From: Thermoanaerobaculia bacterium
GTDB lineage: Bacteria; Acidobacteriota; Thermoanaerobaculia; Multivoradales; Multivoraceae
Assembly: GCA_963666565.1 (NCBI GenBank)
Contig: OY762911.1
Span: 2,624,001-2,688,000, forward strand
Reading direction: 5' to 3'
DNA length: 64,000 bases
Shown here in pieces: positions 49,378 through 60,288 of the stretch. Below the pieces are notes generated by a model. The model searched no databases. It saw only the letters and a program-made list of their open reading frames with translations, and was not told where the DNA came from. Position numbers and translations under genes: made by a program. How positions within the stretch are numbered: position 1 is the first letter of the stretch; the number at the start of each line of letters is the position of its first letter.

Positions 49378-50634
49378 CTACTGCGCCGGTTCGGCCGTTG
49401 CCGCAGGGACCGGCGCGCGCCCGCTCTGCAGTTCTTCCCAGATCGCGACGTCGAAGCGGCCGAGGGAGTTCGCCGCGCCCCGGAACATCGCGTTCGTGTT
49501 GAACTCCATCGCGATCGTGCCGTCCGGTCCGACCGCGATCAACCCGCCGTCGCCAGGCTTCAGAGTGTCGCCGACCACTCGGCGGGCGGCGTCTTCAAGC
49601 GAGAGCCCCGCGTGCTTGACGAGCGCTGAAACCTCGTGCGCGACGGTGTGGCGGATGAACTCCTCGCCGCGGCCCGTGCAGGAGACGGCCGCGGTCTCGT
49701 TGTTCGCGTAGGTGCCCGCGCCGATGACCGGCACGTCTCCGACGCGGCCCACCCGCTTCATCATCGTGCCGCCGGTGGACGTCGCGGCGGCGAGGTTGCC
49801 GTAGCGGTCCAGTGCCACCGCGCCCACGGTACCGAGCTGGGACGCTCCGCTCAGGAGACCGTCCGCTCCGCCTCCAGGGCCGCCGGTTCGGCCCGAGGGC
49901 GCTCCCGCTCCGCCCAGGGGGGCGGCAGCGGCGGCGTTGCCGCCGTCGTCGCGGTCCGCCTGGGCCGCCGCGTCGCCGCCGTCTTCGTCCGTCCGTTCGC
50001 TGCGCCGCGCCCGCAGCGCGCGGAACCTGTCCAACTGCGCCTCGGTCGTGAAGTAGGCCTGCGGCCGGCGGTTCACGCCGACCAGCGCAGCGAAGTCGTC
50101 GGCGCCCGGTCCGCTCAGGAAGACATGGTCCGAGTCTTCCATGACGCGACGGGCCAGCCGGACCGGATTGCGTACGTTCTTCACGCCGCCGACCGCGCCG
50201 ACCGCCAGAGTCCGGCCGTCCATGATGGCGGCGTCCATCTCGTGCGTGCCGACGAAGGTGAACACGGCGCCTCGGCCGGCGTTGAACCGGGGGTCGTCCT
50301 CCAGCGCGGCGACGACGTCCTCGACCACGCGGAGGCTCGCTTCGCCGGCTTCCAACCGCTCGCTGCCCAGGGCCAGCGCCTCGCGCAGCGCCCCGTAGTA
50401 GTCCTCGGCGTCCGTCGAGTCGCGGCGAGCGCTGCCGGCGCCGCCGTGGATGGCGAGCGACCACTCGGGCGCGGCCGTTGCGTCGGCTTCCACTCCGTCT
50501 GCCTGGTTCAAGTCCTGCTGCCCTTCCGGGTCGGTTGCGCGTTCGGCGAGACCGCATGCTCCCAGGCCCGCGGCGAGGATCGCGAAAACGGCGGCATGGA
50601 GGGTCGGGGAACGTGGCCGGGAACGGTTCTTCAT
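49378..50634 (-). CDS. iaaA: Isoaspartyl peptidase / plant-type L-asparaginase (Ntn hydrolase), predicted lipoprotein
   Basis: Motifs LAIHGGAG, FNAGRG, G|TVGAVA (nucleophile Thr), ATSTGG, GRVGD and SCTGRGE. Lipobox LGAC follows ATG 50634. Confidence 0.88.
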   Translation of the reverse strand: MKNRSRPRSPTLHAAVFAILAAGLGACGLAERATDPEGQQDLNQADGVEADATAAPEWSLAIHGGAGSARRDSTDAEDYYGALREALALGSERLEAGEASLRVVEDVVAALEDDPRFNAGRGAVFTFVGTHEMDAAIMDGRTLAVGAVGGVKNVRNPVRLARRVMEDSDHVFLSGPGADDFAALVGVNRRPQAYFTTEAQLDRFRALRARRSERTDEDGGDAAAQADRDDGGNAAAAAPLGGAGAPSGRTGGPGGGADGLLSGASQLGTVGAVALDRYGNLAAATSTGGTMMKRVGRVGDVPVIGAGTYANNETAAVSCTGRGEEFIRHTVAHEVSALVKHAGLSLEDAARRVVGDTLKPGDGGLIAVGPDGTIAMEFNTNAMFRGAANSLGRFDVAIWEELQSGRAPVPAATAEPAQ

Positions 50635-50737
50635 CTGGCGGCCCCCAAGCCATCGGGGCACGAGCCGCCGACCTGCCGGAGCGGTGAGGACGCTACCACG
50701 GCGGTCCCGGTTGCCGGTGGGGCATAATGCGCGCTCG

Positions 50738-51091
50738 GTGGCCAACGCGAAGCGCCTGTCGGACTACGGAGACGAGAGGGACCAGGACGCCTTCTGGGAG
50801 GCGATCCGTCCCGTCGACGAGCCCCTGCGGCATCGCTGGTTCCTGCCCGCGGTCGTCCTGATTCTCGCCGTCAGCGTGCCGTGGTACCTGCCGCCGTCGG
50901 TGGGCGGCCGGCTGGCGGGCGGACTGCCCGTCTGGACCTGGATCACGATCGGCTGCGGCTTCTGCCTGGCGGTGGTCACGGCCTTCGCTTCGCTGCGTCT
51001 CTGGCGGGACGGCGGGGACGGCCGCGGCGACGAAGACGGCGGCGCCGCCGGCGAACCGGCGCCGTCCGCGGCGCCGGGGGAGAACCCGTGA
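50738..51091 (+). CDS. Small two-TM membrane protein preceding the SSS transporter
   Basis: VVLILAVSVPWY...GGLPVWTWITI. The stop overlaps the symporter GTG. The start (GTG 50738) is inferred. Confidence 0.65.
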   Translation: MANAKRLSDYGDERDQDAFWEAIRPVDEPLRHRWFLPAVVLILAVSVPWYLPPSVGGRLAGGLPVWTWITIGCGFCLAVVTAFASLRLWRDGGDGRGDEDGGAAGEPAPSAAPGENP

Positions 51092-52593
51092 ACTCGTCCG
51101 TCCCCGAGGTGACCTTCGGACCGGGCGCGCTGGCGGTGCTCGGCGGCTACCTCGTCGTCATGCTCGGCCTCGGCCTGCTCGGGCGCCTGAAGCAGCAGGA
51201 GCGTTCGCTGCGGGACTTCTACCTCGGCGGCTCGACCTTCGGTTTCGCGGTCCTCTTCCTGACCCTGTTCGCGACCCAGTACAGCGGCAACACGCTGCTC
51301 GGCTTCGCCGGGCGGTCCTACGTCCAGGGGGCGACCTACATCGTCAGCGTGACCTTCATGGTCCTGGTCATCACGGTGTTCATGATCTACGCGCCGCGCC
51401 TGTTCCGCCTGGCCCGGCGCTTCGGCTACATCACGCCGACGGACTTCGTGTACCACCGTTTCGGCTCGCATCCGCTGCGGGTCCTGTGCGTCGTCCTCCT
51501 CTGCTGGGGCCTGGCGAACTACGTGCTGGAGCAACTCGTGGCGATGGGGCACGGCGTCGAGGCGATCAGCGGCGGTCGCATGAGCTTCATGCAGGGCGTG
51601 CTCCTGCTGGTCGGCGTCATGCTGATCTACGAGTCGCTCGGCGGCATGAGGGCCGTGGCCTGGACCGACGCCGTGCAGGGAACCCTCTTGCTGTGCGGCT
51701 GCGCGGTGATTCTCTACACGCTGATCACGGCGGACGGCGGGCTGGCGGCGGCGGCGGAGGGGATTCGCGCGACGGCGCCGGAGAGACTCGAAGCGCCGGA
51801 CGCCCGCGGTCTGCGGACGTGGGTCAGCACCCTCCTCATGCTCGGCCTCGGCGTCGCGCTGTATCCCCACGCGATCCAGCGCATCTTCGCGGCGAAAGGC
51901 GAGAAGAGTCTGCGGCGGTCGCTGGCGGCGATGGGTTTCATGCCGCTGGGCACGACTCTGCTCGCCTTCCTCATCGGTTTCATCGCGCTGAGCCGGTTCC
52001 CGGGTCTCTCGCAGCTCGAGAGCGACAAGGTCACGATCTACGTCCTGGGCGGTCTGATCGACCGCTCGCCGGTGATGTACTGGCTCATCGTGATGGTGTT
52101 CGCGGCGGTGGTGGCGGCGATCATGTCGACCGCGGACTCGGCCCTCCTGTCGATCGGGTCCATGTTCACGAAGGACATCTACAAGAGCTACTTCCGCCGC
52201 GAGGCGTCAGCCCGCGAGATGCTGATCGTCGGCAAGACGTTCGCCTGGGGCATCATGGCGATCCTGATCCTGATGGCCTGGGTTTCGCTGGAGACGGAGA
52301 GCTCGATCTGGGTGCTGATCGAGCTGAAGCTCGAGTTCATGGTCCAGCTCTCGCCGGTCTTCATGCTCGGGGTCTACTGGCGGCGGATGCCCGCTTCGGC
52401 GGTTCTTTCCGGCATGGTGCTGGGCACCCTTCTGACCCTGGTCATCTGGTGCGGCGCCGCCTTCGACGTCTGGGCGACCCGCAGCCCGTGGGGCGTGGGC
52501 GCCGGCGTCTGGGGCCTGCTCGTGAACTACGGCGTCTGCGTGGGCTGGACGGTGCTTCGCCCGGCAAAGGTCCCGGCGAACGCGCCGGCGTGA
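51088..52593 (+). CDS. Sodium:solute symporter (SSS, PutP/PanF-like)
   Basis: Motifs DFYLGG, ATQYSGNT, GGMRAVAWTDAVQG and AAIMSTADS. Start GTG 51088. Confidence 0.92.
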   Translation: MNSSVPEVTFGPGALAVLGGYLVVMLGLGLLGRLKQQERSLRDFYLGGSTFGFAVLFLTLFATQYSGNTLLGFAGRSYVQGATYIVSVTFMVLVITVFMIYAPRLFRLARRFGYITPTDFVYHRFGSHPLRVLCVVLLCWGLANYVLEQLVAMGHGVEAISGGRMSFMQGVLLLVGVMLIYESLGGMRAVAWTDAVQGTLLLCGCAVILYTLITADGGLAAAAEGIRATAPERLEAPDARGLRTWVSTLLMLGLGVALYPHAIQRIFAAKGEKSLRRSLAAMGFMPLGTTLLAFLIGFIALSRFPGLSQLESDKVTIYVLGGLIDRSPVMYWLIVMVFAAVVAAIMSTADSALLSIGSMFTKDIYKSYFRREASAREMLIVGKTFAWGIMAILILMAWVSLETESSIWVLIELKLEFMVQLSPVFMLGVYWRRMPASAVLSGMVLGTLLTLVIWCGAAFDVWATRSPWGVGAGVWGLLVNYGVCVGWTVLRPAKVPANAPA

Positions 52594-52606
52594 GGAGATC
52601 TCCGGC

Positions 52607-53623
52607 ATGAGCGGGGCGGTTCGCAGGCGCCGGGTGTTCTCCGGCATTCAGCCTTCCGGCGTGCTCCACCTGGGGAACTACCTCGGCGCGGTGAAGCACT
52701 GGGCGGCGCGCCAGGACGACCGCGAGAACTTCATCTGCGTCGTCGACCTGCACGCGATCACGGTGCGGCAGGATCCGGAGACGCTGCGCGCCGGCGCCCG
52801 CGAGCTGACGGCGATGCTCTTCGCCTGCGGCATCGACCCGGAGCGGACGACCCTCTTCGTCCAGAGCCACGTCCGCGCTCACGCGGAGGCGGCCTGGATC
52901 CTCGGATGCACGACCCCGATCGGCTGGCTCGAGCGGATGACGCAGTACAAGGCGAAGTCGGAACGCCAGGGCGGCCGCGAGCGAATCGGCGTCGGCCTGT
53001 TCACGTACCCGGTCCTGCAGGCGGCCGACATCCTGCTCTACGACGCCGACGAAGTGCCGGTGGGGGAGGACCAGAAGCAGCACGTGGAGCTGGCGCGCGA
53101 CATCGCGGGCCGCTTCAACCATCTCTACGGCGAGACCTTCGTCCTGCCCGAGGCGGTCATCCCCACCGCCGGCGCGCGGGTGATGGCCCTCGACGATCCG
53201 GCGGTCAAGATGTCGAAGAGCGAGACCGCGGGACGCGGCCATGCCGTCCGTCTCACCGACGGGGACGACGAGATCAGGCGTTCGCTCAAGCGCGCCGTCA
53301 CCGACTCGGGGCGCGAGATCGAGTTCAGCGACGATCCGGCGCGGGCTGGCGTCAACAACCTGCTGCGGATCTACCAGGCGGTGACGGACCGCGGCGCGGA
53401 ACAGGTCCTGGCCGACTTCGCCGGGGCCCGTGGCTACGGCGACCTGAAGACGGGCGTGGCCGACGCGGTGATCGAGGTGGTGGCGCCGATCCGGCGGCGC
53501 TACGACGAACTGATGGCGGCGCCGGAGGAACTGGACCGGTTGCTCGCCGTCGGCGCCGACCGCGCGCGGGCAGTCGCCGAGCCGAAGGCGGCGGAGATCC
53601 GCCGGCTCGTCGGCTTCGCCTGA
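52607..53623 (+). CDS. trpS: Tryptophan--tRNA ligase
   Basis: Motifs SGIQPSG.LHLGNY, YPVLQAADI, VPVGEDQKQH and KMSKS. Confidence 0.97.
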   Translation: MSGAVRRRRVFSGIQPSGVLHLGNYLGAVKHWAARQDDRENFICVVDLHAITVRQDPETLRAGARELTAMLFACGIDPERTTLFVQSHVRAHAEAAWILGCTTPIGWLERMTQYKAKSERQGGRERIGVGLFTYPVLQAADILLYDADEVPVGEDQKQHVELARDIAGRFNHLYGETFVLPEAVIPTAGARVMALDDPAVKMSKSETAGRGHAVRLTDGDDEIRRSLKRAVTDSGREIEFSDDPARAGVNNLLRIYQAVTDRGAEQVLADFAGARGYGDLKTGVADAVIEVVAPIRRRYDELMAAPEELDRLLAVGADRARAVAEPKAAEIRRLVGFA

Positions 53624-53625
53624 CC

Positions 53626-54954
53626 TCAGGAGTGAGCCCGGATCAGCTTCTCGATCCGGTCCATGCCGCGTTCCAGCGTCTCCATCGGCGGGCCGAAGCT
53701 GAGCCGGCAGTAGCTGTGGTAGCGCGCGTTGCGCCGCCGCTGGCCCGGATTGACGTCGAAGAAGACGCCCGGCACCGTGATCACCTGGACCTGGAGCAGC
53801 GCCTTGAAGAACTCGATGCCGTCGTTGAGCGGCGCCGGCAGGCCGGCCAGGTTGCCCCAGACGTAGAAGGCGCCGCTGGGCTCGTGCTCCACCTCGACGC
53901 CCAGGCCGCGCAGCCGGTCGACGAGGAACCGGCGTTTGCGCGCGAACTCGGCCTGGATCGCGCGCGTCTCCCGCAGCACGAGTTCCGGCTTCAGCAGCGG
54001 CACGGCGGCTTCCTGGAAGGGGTGGTTGCCGCCGCCGTCCAGGAAGGAGCCCGCGCTGGTCACCCGGTCGATCACGCTCACCGGTCCGACGATCCACGAC
54101 ACCCGCCAGCCGGGGTAGCGCCAGTTCTTCGTCAGGCCGTCGACCAGGATGACCGGATCCCGGTTCACGTCCTCGACGTGCGCGGCCGCCGAGACCATCC
54201 TCTCGGTGTCGCCGATCTGCGGGCAGGCGGTCCGCTCGGAGGTCTGGGGGGACGCCGGCGTGTAGATGTAGTGCGAGTAGAACTCGTCGAGGATGAAGGT
54301 GCAGGCGTTGTCGCGGGCGACGCCGACCCACTCGGCCAGGAGATCGCCCTCGACGAGTTGGCCCGTCGGATTGCAGGGATTGCTGCACCAGAGCGCCGAA
54401 AGACCGCGGCCGACGATCTCCTTCTCGAGCAGTCGCCGCGAGGCGCGGTAGCCGTGGGCCGCGTCGAGCAGGATGGGGATCGGAATGAAGCCCTTGAAGG
54501 CGGTCAGGAGTTCTTCGTAGGCGGTGTAGTCGGGGATGAAGTGGCCCAGGTTCATCTCGCCCATCGCCGCCGCGATCCGGGTCATCGCCGGCCGGCCGCC
54601 GGGAGCGATGCTCACGTTGTCCCGCGTGTACTGCGAGCGCCTGTCGCGGCGGTAGAGGAAGTTGTAGAGCTCGGCGACCCGCTCGCGCAGCTCGTCGATG
54701 CCGTCGACCGGCGCATAGGTCTGGCGGCGAGGGTCGATGTGGAGTTCGTCCCGGCGGGGCGGCGCCCCCGGCAGCGGACCGACCTCCGGGGAACCCTGGC
54801 CGAGGTTGTGCCACGTGCGGCCGTCGCTGCCGTGGCCGGCGGCCGCCGCCCGGTGCATCACGTAGATGACGCCGGTCCGCGGCACCCGGCGAAAGCCGGG
54901 CGTCTCGGGGCCGGAGTCCGCGCCGGTCGCGGTGGGTGCGGTTTCCTCTATCAT
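53626..54954 (-). CDS. PLP-dependent aminotransferase class I/II
   Basis: Motifs NLGQGSP, SNPCNPTG, DEFY, GLTKNWRYPGWR and RLSF. Start set at ATG 54954. Confidence 0.88.
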   Translation of the reverse strand: MIEETAPTATGADSGPETPGFRRVPRTGVIYVMHRAAAAGHGSDGRTWHNLGQGSPEVGPLPGAPPRRDELHIDPRRQTYAPVDGIDELRERVAELYNFLYRRDRRSQYTRDNVSIAPGGRPAMTRIAAAMGEMNLGHFIPDYTAYEELLTAFKGFIPIPILLDAAHGYRASRRLLEKEIVGRGLSALWCSNPCNPTGQLVEGDLLAEWVGVARDNACTFILDEFYSHYIYTPASPQTSERTACPQIGDTERMVSAAAHVEDVNRDPVILVDGLTKNWRYPGWRVSWIVGPVSVIDRVTSAGSFLDGGGNHPFQEAAVPLLKPELVLRETRAIQAEFARKRRFLVDRLRGLGVEVEHEPSGAFYVWGNLAGLPAPLNDGIEFFKALLQVQVITVPGVFFDVNPGQRRRNARYHSYCRLSFGPPMETLERGMDRIEKLIRAHS

Positions 54955-55019
54955 CTTCGGCCGATGGAGCCTATTCGAGTGCCGTCGGCGCTGCGACCTG
55001 TCGTTCCGGAGGCTGGATC

Positions 55020-56042
55020 GTGACGCTCGACCCGGTGTTGAGCCATCTGCTCTCCGCCCGGCCCGCGCCGCTGGCGGCCGGCGACGATCCGGCCGGCTGG
55101 TACCGGTCCTTCCACGAGGAGGCGCTGGCGCCCTGGCGGACGCGCCCGAACGGCGGCGCCGGCCCATCCGGACGCGACCACTTCGCCCACGGCCTGCTCG
55201 GCGGCTTCGTTGCCGACCGTCCGGCCTGGGCGATGGTGGCGGGGCACCAGGCGGCGGTGCGGCGACTGGCCTGGGAGCGCGGCGCGCTGGATCTTCTGCC
55301 GGACGGCGGCATCGTCGCCTTTTGCGCGAGCGAGGAGGGCGGGGCGCATCCCCGCGCCGTCCACTCCGCGCTCAGGGAGATGCCTGACGGCGGATTCCGC
55401 CTCGACGGCCGGAAGCGCTGGGCTACCCTGGCGCCGTCCGCGGCGGCCCTGCTCATCGTCGCCTCGGTCGGCCGCGACGGCGACCGCAACCGCCTGCGGG
55501 CGCTCTGCGTGCCGAGCGACCGCCGGGGGGTCGGGATCGCTCCGATGGCGGTCGCCTCTCCCGCCGGAGGGCGCGACCGGAAGCCGTCCAATCCCGAAGT
55601 ACGGCACGCCGTCGTCGATCTGACCGCCGTTCCGGTTGCGGCCGGCGAGGTGATGGATGGCGACGGTTACACGGACGCGATCAAGCCCTTCCGGACGATC
55701 GAGGACCTGTACATCGGCGCCGCGACGACGGCCTACAACCTGGCGCTCGCCCGCCGTTCGGGCTGGCCCGAGTCCGCCGTGGAGGATCTGCTGCTCCTGC
55801 TCGTCGCCGCCGGCGCGCTGGCCTTCGGTCCGCTGGACGACCCGGCCGCGCACCTCGGCGTCGCGGCCCTGGCCCGGGCGACGGCCCGGGTCCGCGCGGA
55901 CCACGCGGAACACTGGGAACTCGTCGACGAGGCCGCGGCCGCCGCCTGGAGGCGCGCCGCGGCCGGCGGCGGGGTGGCCGCGCGCGCCAAGGAACTCCGG
56001 CGGCAGGGGGCGTGGAAGCGGCTTGCCGCGTCCTCGCCCTGA
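55020..56042 (+). CDS. Acyl-CoA dehydrogenase-like flavoprotein (short, divergent)
   Basis: Motifs AFCASEEGG, LDGRKRWATLA and GDGYTDAIKPFRTIED. A GGAGG RBS precedes GTG 55020. Confidence 0.7.
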   Translation: MTLDPVLSHLLSARPAPLAAGDDPAGWYRSFHEEALAPWRTRPNGGAGPSGRDHFAHGLLGGFVADRPAWAMVAGHQAAVRRLAWERGALDLLPDGGIVAFCASEEGGAHPRAVHSALREMPDGGFRLDGRKRWATLAPSAAALLIVASVGRDGDRNRLRALCVPSDRRGVGIAPMAVASPAGGRDRKPSNPEVRHAVVDLTAVPVAAGEVMDGDGYTDAIKPFRTIEDLYIGAATTAYNLALARRSGWPESAVEDLLLLLVAAGALAFGPLDDPAAHLGVAALARATARVRADHAEHWELVDEAAAAAWRRAAAGGGVAARAKELRRQGAWKRLAASSP

Positions 56043-56050
56043 GACCGGCC

Positions 56051-56518
56051 ATGCTCGACCGCATTCGCAGCTTCTTCGGCGAACGGATCGACCCGGAACG
56101 CGGGGAAGATCCGGACGCCCGCCTGCGGCTGGCGGCGGCGGCGCTGATGGTCGAGGTGATGCGCGCCGACTTCGACGCCGCTGAGGAGGAGAAGGCGGAA
56201 GTGCTCGCCGCGGTCCGGCGCCACCTGGGTCTCGCCGAGGAGGAGACGGCCGAACTCGTGGCGCTCGCCGAATCGGAAACCGAGGGCGCCGTCTGCCTGT
56301 ACGAGTTCACCCGGCTGATCCACGAGTCCTTCGACGACGCCCGCAAGGGCCGGCTGGTCGAGGAACTGTGGCGGGTTGCCTTCGCGGACCGCGTGCTGGA
56401 GGCGCAGGAGGAGTTCCTCATCCGCAAGATCGCCAGGCTCCTGCACCTGCCGCATGAGGAGTTCATCGCCGCTAAGCGACGGGCGCGGCGCCGCGTCCAG
56501 GGAGGGGCCGGGCAGTGA
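56051..56518 (+). CDS. TerB-family (tellurite-resistance-like) protein
   Basis: LAAAALMVEVMRAD...LYEFTRLI...LWRVAFAD..L...EEFLIRKIARLL. Confidence 0.85.
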   Translation: MLDRIRSFFGERIDPERGEDPDARLRLAAAALMVEVMRADFDAAEEEKAEVLAAVRRHLGLAEEETAELVALAESETEGAVCLYEFTRLIHESFDDARKGRLVEELWRVAFADRVLEAQEEFLIRKIARLLHLPHEEFIAAKRRARRRVQGGAGQ

Positions 56519-57285
56519 CGACGACAGCGAATCCGGGGCCGCCCGAGGCCGACCTCCATCCGATCGAGGCGAGTGCGCTCCACGCCCGCCGCGAACGGGT
56601 CTTCCTCATCCTCGCCGGGCTGTTCCTGGGCTCGATGACGATGCTGAACATCCTGGGAGTGACCCGGTTCCTGGACCTGAGCTTCACCGTCTTCGGCACC
56701 CGCATCCCGATGCCGCTGGCCATCGGCGTTCTGCCCTACCCGCTGACCTTCCTGTGCACCGACTTCATCTCCGAGATCTACGGCCGCAAGCGCGCGAACT
56801 TCCTGGTCTGGGTGGGCTTCCTCGTCAACCTCTGGCTCGCCGTCATCCTGTGGCTGGGCGGCGCGTTGCCGGGGTTCGACGCGCCGGTGCCGGGCCCGGA
56901 CGGCCGGCTGCCCATCTTCTTCGAGATCCGGACGATGACCCTGGGCGTCATCGCGGCCTCGATGATCGCCTACCTGAGCGCGCAGCTCTGCGACGTCTGG
57001 GTGTTCCACTTCTGGAAGCGGCTGACGAAGGGCCGGCACCTGTGGCTGCGCAACAACGGCTCGACCGTGGTCAGCCAGTTCGTCGACTCGTTCTCCGTCA
57101 TCACGATCACCCACTTCGCCGCGGGCGCCATTCCGGTGGAGAGCGGGGAACCGATCTGGCCGCAGTTGTGGGTGTTCATCGGCACGGCCTACGTGTTCAA
57201 GTTCCTGGCGGCCGCGGTCGATACGCTGCCCTTCTACCTGGGCACGCGCTGGTTGCGCCGGTACCTGGAGATCGAGGACGGCTGA
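56515..57285 (+). CDS. yhhQ: Queuosine-precursor transporter (YhhQ/VUT family)
   Basis: Motifs YPLTFLCTDFISEIYG, ASMIAYLSAQLCD and HLWLRNNGSTVVSQFVDS. Confidence 0.88.
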   Translation: MTTTANPGPPEADLHPIEASALHARRERVFLILAGLFLGSMTMLNILGVTRFLDLSFTVFGTRIPMPLAIGVLPYPLTFLCTDFISEIYGRKRANFLVWVGFLVNLWLAVILWLGGALPGFDAPVPGPDGRLPIFFEIRTMTLGVIAASMIAYLSAQLCDVWVFHFWKRLTKGRHLWLRNNGSTVVSQFVDSFSVITITHFAAGAIPVESGEPIWPQLWVFIGTAYVFKFLAAAVDTLPFYLGTRWLRRYLEIEDG

Positions 57286-57370
57286 GGAGAGCGGCGGTCG
57301 CCGGCGGGGTGGAGTAGGATTCCGCGCTTTCAGGGGCCGGCACGATGACGGGAAAGGCGGCGGTGAACCG

Positions 57371-58723
<1,353 letters not shown>

Positions 58724-58767
58724 GGGGTTACTATTGCGGCGTCGTTCGCAAAGGAGCGCCCGCGTCC

Positions 58768-60288
58768 ATGTCCCCGGCCAGCCAGAGTTTCCGTTTCCGC
58801 GAGTCCCGCCGCGTACTGCGGGAGGCGCCGGTGCGGCTGTCGGGTTTCGGCGAGGGCGGCGAACTCGTCGCGCGGACCCGCGACATCGCGACCGGCGGCA
58901 TGTTCGTGTCCACGCCCGAGGCGCGGCCGGTCGGTACCGGGGCGTCGTTCGTGCTGGAACTGGGATCGGACGCATCGGACACGGTCCGGGGCGAGGCCAC
59001 GGTGGTCTGGGTGCGCGAGGCGTCGGGCGGCGCCGATCAGCCGGCCGGTATGGGCATGCGGTTCACGAGCGTGGAACCGCCCGGAGAGGAACGCCTGGCG
59101 ATGCTGTTCTCCGAACAGCCGGACGAGGCGGCCGCTCCGTCCGCGGCCGCGGAAGCGGCGCCGCCGGCGCCCGCCGAAGCGGCTGGCGTGGAGGACGAGG
59201 CGCCGACGACGGCGCCGGAGGACGATGCCGCGCCGCCCGAAGAACCGGAACCCGCAGAGCCGGTCGACCGCTCGCAAACGGCTGCCGTCGAGAGCGAAGA
59301 AGGAGAGGTGGAAGAGGTGACGCCGGAAGTCGAGACCGAAGCCGGCGCGGAGGCGCCGCTCCCGGACGAGGCGGCGGCCGGGGAGGAGGTCTCCGGTACC
59401 CGCGCCGAGCTGTTCGGCGACCTCGCGGGCGATGACGACGACTGGATGAAGCCGGAGTCCGACAGCCCTTCCTGGGTCTGGCCCACGGTGGTCGGCGTCA
59501 TTCTGGTCGGCGTCCTGCTGTTCTTCCTGCGCGGGCCGCTGATGCGGCTCGCCGGCATGGGCGGCGCCGAGGATCAGCCGCCCGCCGTCGCGCAGAGCTT
59601 CGACCTGCCGGCGCCGGTCGAGGACCCCGGCGCCGCGGCGCCGCCGCCCGCGCCCGCGGGGGCGCCCGCCGACAGCCGGCTGCCCGTCCCCCCGGGGGAC
59701 GCCGTTTCCTCGGAGGAGTCCGTTACCCGCGAGGCGGACGGGCCGGCGGAGAGCGCCGCCGCGTCTTCGGCGCCGGCCGGGGTCGCGGAACCGCCTCCGG
59801 TCGAGCCGTCTCCCGTCGAGCCGTCTCAGCCTGAACCGTCCCCGGCCCGGCCCGCCGTTGTAACCACCGCCCGGACGGAGGCGGCCCGATCTCCCGAGCC
59901 CGTCGCTCCGCCGCGCGCGCCGGCGCCTGCACGGCCGGCCCCGGCGGACGCCGCCGCGCCGCCCGCGAACGCGACGGCGCTGCGCTCCATCACTGCCTCG
60001 GTCCGGGATGGCCGGACGGTCGTCGAGATCGCCGGCAACGCCCCCTTCCGGCGCCACCACGTGATGCCGCTGGAGGCGCCGCCGCGGCTGCTCGTTCGGC
60101 TGATCGGCGTACAGCGCGCCTACGACGCGAGCGCGGTCGCGGCGCCCCGGCTGCGCGGCCTTCGCACCGCCGTTCATGGGCGGGGAGCGACGCGGAACCT
60201 GCACGTCGTGCTCGATCTCGCGGCGCCCGACATGGTGGCGACGGTCGAGCGGCGCGGCGACCGGGTCGTCGTCAACCTCTCGGATTGA
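58768..60288 (+). CDS. PilZ-domain / TM / AMIN-like domain membrane protein
   Basis: C-terminal part of track ORF 57604..60288 from ATG 58768. RESRR, DIATGGMFV and GMGMRF (PilZ); a TM helix WVWPTVVGVILVGVLLFFL; C-terminal LEAPPRLLVRL...LHVVLDL (AMIN-like). Confidence 0.75.
   Translation: MSPASQSFRFRESRRVLREAPVRLSGFGEGGELVARTRDIATGGMFVSTPEARPVGTGASFVLELGSDASDTVRGEATVVWVREASGGADQPAGMGMRFTSVEPPGEERLAMLFSEQPDEAAAPSAAAEAAPPAPAEAAGVEDEAPTTAPEDDAAPPEEPEPAEPVDRSQTAAVESEEGEVEEVTPEVETEAGAEAPLPDEAAAGEEVSGTRAELFGDLAGDDDDWMKPESDSPSWVWPTVVGVILVGVLLFFLRGPLMRLAGMGGAEDQPPAVAQSFDLPAPVEDPGAAAPPPAPAGAPADSRLPVPPGDAVSSEESVTREADGPAESAAASSAPAGVAEPPPVEPSPVEPSQPEPSPARPAVVTTARTEAARSPEPVAPPRAPAPARPAPADAAAPPANATALRSITASVRDGRTVVEIAGNAPFRRHHVMPLEAPPRLLVRLIGVQRAYDASAVAAPRLRGLRTAVHGRGATRNLHVVLDLAAPDMVATVERRGDRVVVNLSD

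Noticed and set aside
56051-56518. TerB as part of a tellurite-resistance or defence island
   Set aside because: It is a solitary TerB-family gene with no other ter genes or mobile features nearby.
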